Source: an uncultured Planctomycetia bacterium (GTDB lineage: Bacteria; Omnitrophota; Gorgyraeia; Duberdicusellales; 4484-171). Taken from it: a DNA stretch of 32,000 nt. Of the stretch, positions 29,690-32,000 are shown piece by piece. The stretch lies in contig CAZHYN010000008.1 of the NCBI GenBank assembly GCA_964536865.1, positions 26,118 through 58,117 on the forward strand, read 5' to 3'. The stretch's first letter is position 1. Each line of letters starts with the position of its first letter. A model generated the notes under the pieces. The model was not told the DNA's origin. It searched no databases and saw nothing but the letters and a program-made list of their open reading frames with translations. A program made the translations under genes and the position numbers.

Positions 29690-30145
29690 TTAGGATTCAA
29701 ACCAAGAGTCAGACACTATACCTCCCTTATTATCGTCATCTTTGCCGTCCCCATCCGCATCTAGAATTCCATTAACGGTAACGTTAATCTGACGAAAGGC
29801 AATAACTTGAGAGCGATTGGTATCAAATATCTGACCATCACCTCTTAAAATTCTCCTATCTGCCCCTCCTGAGTGTATTCGGAACCGATATCTTAACTGA
29901 TAGCTATCACTAGGGTCAGGGTCTAAATCAGTAAACCAAGAAGATGTTCCTGATAGATTTACATTATTTAGGACTTCTACTTTTGCTCTCTCAATCCCTG
30001 CCTGGGCAAGATAAAAAGCTATTAGATTCTCTTGATGAAGAGAATGTATTTGAAGTACTGGTTCCCAGAGATTCCAAAGACCTATCCCTATAATAGCTAC
30101 TAAAGCTATCATAAATACAGTAAATATTAAAGCCTGCGTATTCAT
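29690..30145 (-). CDS. PilX/GspK-like minor pseudopilin (no Glu5)
   Basis: 151 aa with a hydrophobic N-terminus lacking E5, the AFYLAQAGIERAKVEV motif typical of PilX_N/GspK, and an acidic DADGDGKDDDNKG loop near the C-terminus. Confidence 0.55.
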   Translation of the reverse strand: MNTQALIFTVFMIALVAIIGIGLWNLWEPVLQIHSLHQENLIAFYLAQAGIERAKVEVLNNVNLSGTSSWFTDLDPDPSDSYQLRYRFRIHSGGADRRILRGDGQIFDTNRSQVIAFRQINVTVNGILDADGDGKDDDNKGGIVSDSWFES

Positions 30146-30684
30146 TAAGGGTTTCTGGCTCTAACCATTGTCCTTAAAGAAAAGTTTCTATTACCTCTCC
30201 CTTCACTTCTGGTAGGGAATGGTCTTAGAGTAAGAAAGATGGTAACTAATCCACTGGAGTTAGTAAAAATATCTCCGTTTCCAGGATTATCCACAACAAA
30301 TATAGAAAGCTTACTCTTAGAACCCCAAAAAAACCAGATTTTTTCCCTTCTTATTAACTCATTAGTAAATACGCCTCCTACTCTATCACGTTGATATCTT
30401 ATTCGTGTCCCACTTCGATCAACAAACTCAATCCTCTTACCATCTAAGCTAGGAGGCCAAAAACCGGAAGTCTGAATGGTAGAGGCACGTGCAGATCGTA
30501 TCTCGTTACTTATCATCTCAAGTGCCCAACGTCCTTCTTGAACTAAAATTGTATTAGCACTCTGTTTTCCCCATGCTTCCTGAGAAGAAATAACTAAACT
30601 AGCTACTGCGCCCATAATTAATCCAAATACAGCAATACCTACTAATACTTCGACTAAGGTAAATGCTTTTCTCTTATTATTCAT
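30145..30684 (-). CDS. prepilin-type N-terminal domain protein (GspJ/PilW-like minor pseudopilin)
   Basis: 179 aa. N-terminus MNNKRKA|FTLVEVLVGIAVFGLIMG, followed by QEGRWALEMISNEIRSA. Confidence 0.7.
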   Translation of the reverse strand: MNNKRKAFTLVEVLVGIAVFGLIMGAVASLVISSQEAWGKQSANTILVQEGRWALEMISNEIRSARASTIQTSGFWPPSLDGKRIEFVDRSGTRIRYQRDRVGGVFTNELIRREKIWFFWGSKSKLSIFVVDNPGNGDIFTNSSGLVTIFLTLRPFPTRSEGRGNRNFSLRTMVRARNP

Positions 30685-30692
30685 GATTTTTA

Positions 30693-31133
30693 TTATTGGA
30701 AATTAGCTATTAGAGTATCAACCTTAAAAGACCTTTCCCCGCTTTCTCCCTGCCAAAAGACAGTAACCTCTACCTTAGCTAAATTATTAAATCCTAAGTA
30801 AGGACACGTCACCTCTACCTCTCTATCAAAACTTGAGAATCCACTTACTGAGGATCTAATTTCATCAGGGGGCACTACTTTACAGTTAGGAGGACAAGGA
30901 ACCCCAGGATTAGGAGTAGTAAACAATTCTGGATGTGCGCTTCCACTGGACAAGTCTTCCAACTTTTCCTGGACAAGAAAACAGGCAATAGCGTGCATCT
31001 TCGTCTTATGCATATATCTGTATCCTTGAGAAAATACGCTCATCATAAAAAGTACTATAGTTAAGATGAGAGTGATAGAAATTGCTATTTCTATTAAAGT
31101 AAAATATTTTCTCCTGTTAATGGAATATAACAT
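30693..31133 (-). CDS. prepilin-type N-terminal domain protein (GspI/PilV-like minor pseudopilin)
   Basis: 146 aa. N-terminus ...RRKY|FTLIEIAISITLILTIVLF. Confidence 0.65.
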   Translation of the reverse strand: MLYSINRRKYFTLIEIAISITLILTIVLFMMSVFSQGYRYMHKTKMHAIACFLVQEKLEDLSSGSAHPELFTTPNPGVPCPPNCKVVPPDEIRSSVSGFSSFDREVEVTCPYLGFNNLAKVEVTVFWQGESGERSFKVDTLIANFQ

Positions 31134-31812
31134 TTTTACATAACCACACTAAAGTATCTAAAAAAACCCTCACTGTGTTTTTCATCCATCTTCTACTTTT
31201 GATATAATTAGCAATTGGGGGGCTTAGATCATAATACAAATCTATCAATCTTTTCCCTATCTCACTGGACCCCAAGTACTCATCTCTGAGGGTATACAGC
31301 ACTAACAACTTTTCTCTATCTCTAACTTCTAAAGAGTTATATACTACGGTAGCAATAAAACAAGAAGAAGAAGAAGTATGAAAACCAACATACCCTGTAT
31401 CCTCAAAGATATCAAGACGGGAACTTCTAGACCCTAGTGTAAGAACAATTGAATCTTGAATAGCAGGATACACACTTGCTGTACCTGAAGGGTAATGGAA
31501 CTCTATTCTGTTAGGAGAAGTTTGGATATTTACACTTAATCTTACAGGATTGATCCTTGAAGGAAGTGGGTTATTATTTATATCAGTAATAGTATATGTA
31601 TTTTGGGTACGATCAAAAGTAACTTTATAATCCTTGTGTTGGGTTACTGCTAATTCTCTTGCCCATTGAAGATCGGCCACTAATCGATTAACCTCGCTTT
31701 TTAAACGTCTACTTTCAATCATAGTGAAAGATACACCAACCACAGCAGTAAAAATACCAATAATAAGGATAACCACAATCATTTCAATGAGAGTAAAACT
31801 ATTTCTTCTCAT
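31117..31812 (-). CDS. GspH/FimT-like minor pseudopilin fused to a C-terminal 'CFIAT...' module
   Basis: 231 aa. N-terminus MRRNS|FTLIEMIVVILIIGIFTAV, followed by LVADLQWARELAV (GspH-like). After an SSSS linker, residues 151-231 read CFIATVVYNS...LRDEYL...LIDLYYDLSPPIANYIK... Confidence 0.7.
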   Translation of the reverse strand: MRRNSFTLIEMIVVILIIGIFTAVVGVSFTMIESRRLKSEVNRLVADLQWARELAVTQHKDYKVTFDRTQNTYTITDINNNPLPSRINPVRLSVNIQTSPNRIEFHYPSGTASVYPAIQDSIVLTLGSRSSRLDIFEDTGYVGFHTSSSSCFIATVVYNSLEVRDREKLLVLYTLRDEYLGSSEIGKRLIDLYYDLSPPIANYIKSRRWMKNTVRVFLDTLVWLCKNVIFH

Positions 31813-31825
31813 CTTTTCTACTTAA

Positions 31826-31854
31826 ATAATAACTTAAAAAAGGAACTTTTGCAA
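31826..31854 (-). promoter_or_regulatory. candidate promoter for the pseudopilin operon
   Basis: On the minus strand: TTGCAA (31854..31849), a 17-nt spacer, then TATTAT (31831..31826). The -10 element ends only 13 nt before the ATG, which would imply a very short leader. Confidence 0.3.
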
Positions 31855-31936
31855 ATCAAATTTGACCACTGGGTAGGAAATACTAAAGGAAAGATTAATA
31901 AATACCCTCCCACCACTCCCTTTTAGAAAAACGGAA

Positions 31937-32000
31937 TTATTTCAGAGAAAGAAGCATTTCTACCCGACTGTTAGTAGAATCGTAACGAACACTACCAGCA
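31937..32000 (-). CDS. 3' end of an upstream CDS cut by the window edge
   Basis: The minus frame is open from the edge to TAA at 31939..31937 (...AGSVRYDSTNSRVEMLLSLK*). It is too short to identify. By position it could be another (major?) pilin gene. Confidence 0.25.
   Translation of the reverse strand, partial: AGSVRYDSTNSRVEMLLSLK

Overview
AT-rich bacterial chromosome segment (roughly one-third G+C by eye). It uses the standard genetic code: TAA, TAG and TGA each terminate recognisable genes. Gene content is diderm-type (LptB, LptC/A-like, type IV pilus/T2SS-like genes) and the source is probably an uncultivated lineage; I cannot assign taxonomy from sequence alone.

Layout:
- 1-1935 (+): a translationally coupled operon of a partial TRASH-like ORF, PilZ, DUF4416 and a PflX-like radical SAM enzyme.
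- 1936-2785: an unusually long non-coding region. It contains a very clear c-di-GMP-I (GEMM-I) riboswitch on the minus strand, with its own near-consensus promoter and a perfect CRP-type palindrome, but no downstream ORF.
- 2786-31812 (-): almost one continuous co-directional gene array, often with 1-8 nt overlaps.
  - small HTH-like ORF, macro domain, STAS-PilZ fusion, UppP, zf-HC2 membrane protein
  - RRM protein, bS21 (missed by the ORF track)
  - PyrG, PurF, HisF, HisH
  - a decayed IS remnant
  - PurA, an HMGL-family synthase, a secreted pseudo-phosphoesterase/thioredoxin-fold protein
  - SerA, a class-V aminotransferase, ClpP, a PPIase-less trigger factor
  - LptB, LptC/A-like protein, a ComFB-CheR fusion
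  - a membrane-anchored AmmeMemoRadiSam-type radical SAM enzyme coupled to a fused MFS/spermidine-synthase protein
  - a pilus/pseudopilus block: PilO, PilM-PilN fusion, PilC/GspF and four minor pseudopilins

The most unusual items:
- the orphan riboswitch unit
- a GspH-like pseudopilin carrying a C-terminal 'CFIAT...' module
- pseudopilins that all lack the canonical Gly at -1
- the radical-SAM/MFS-spermidine-synthase pair
- the ComFB-CheR fusion
- the overall density of c-di-GMP effector elements

No rRNA, tRNA or CRISPR array was seen. All family assignments are from motif recognition by eye, not from searches.
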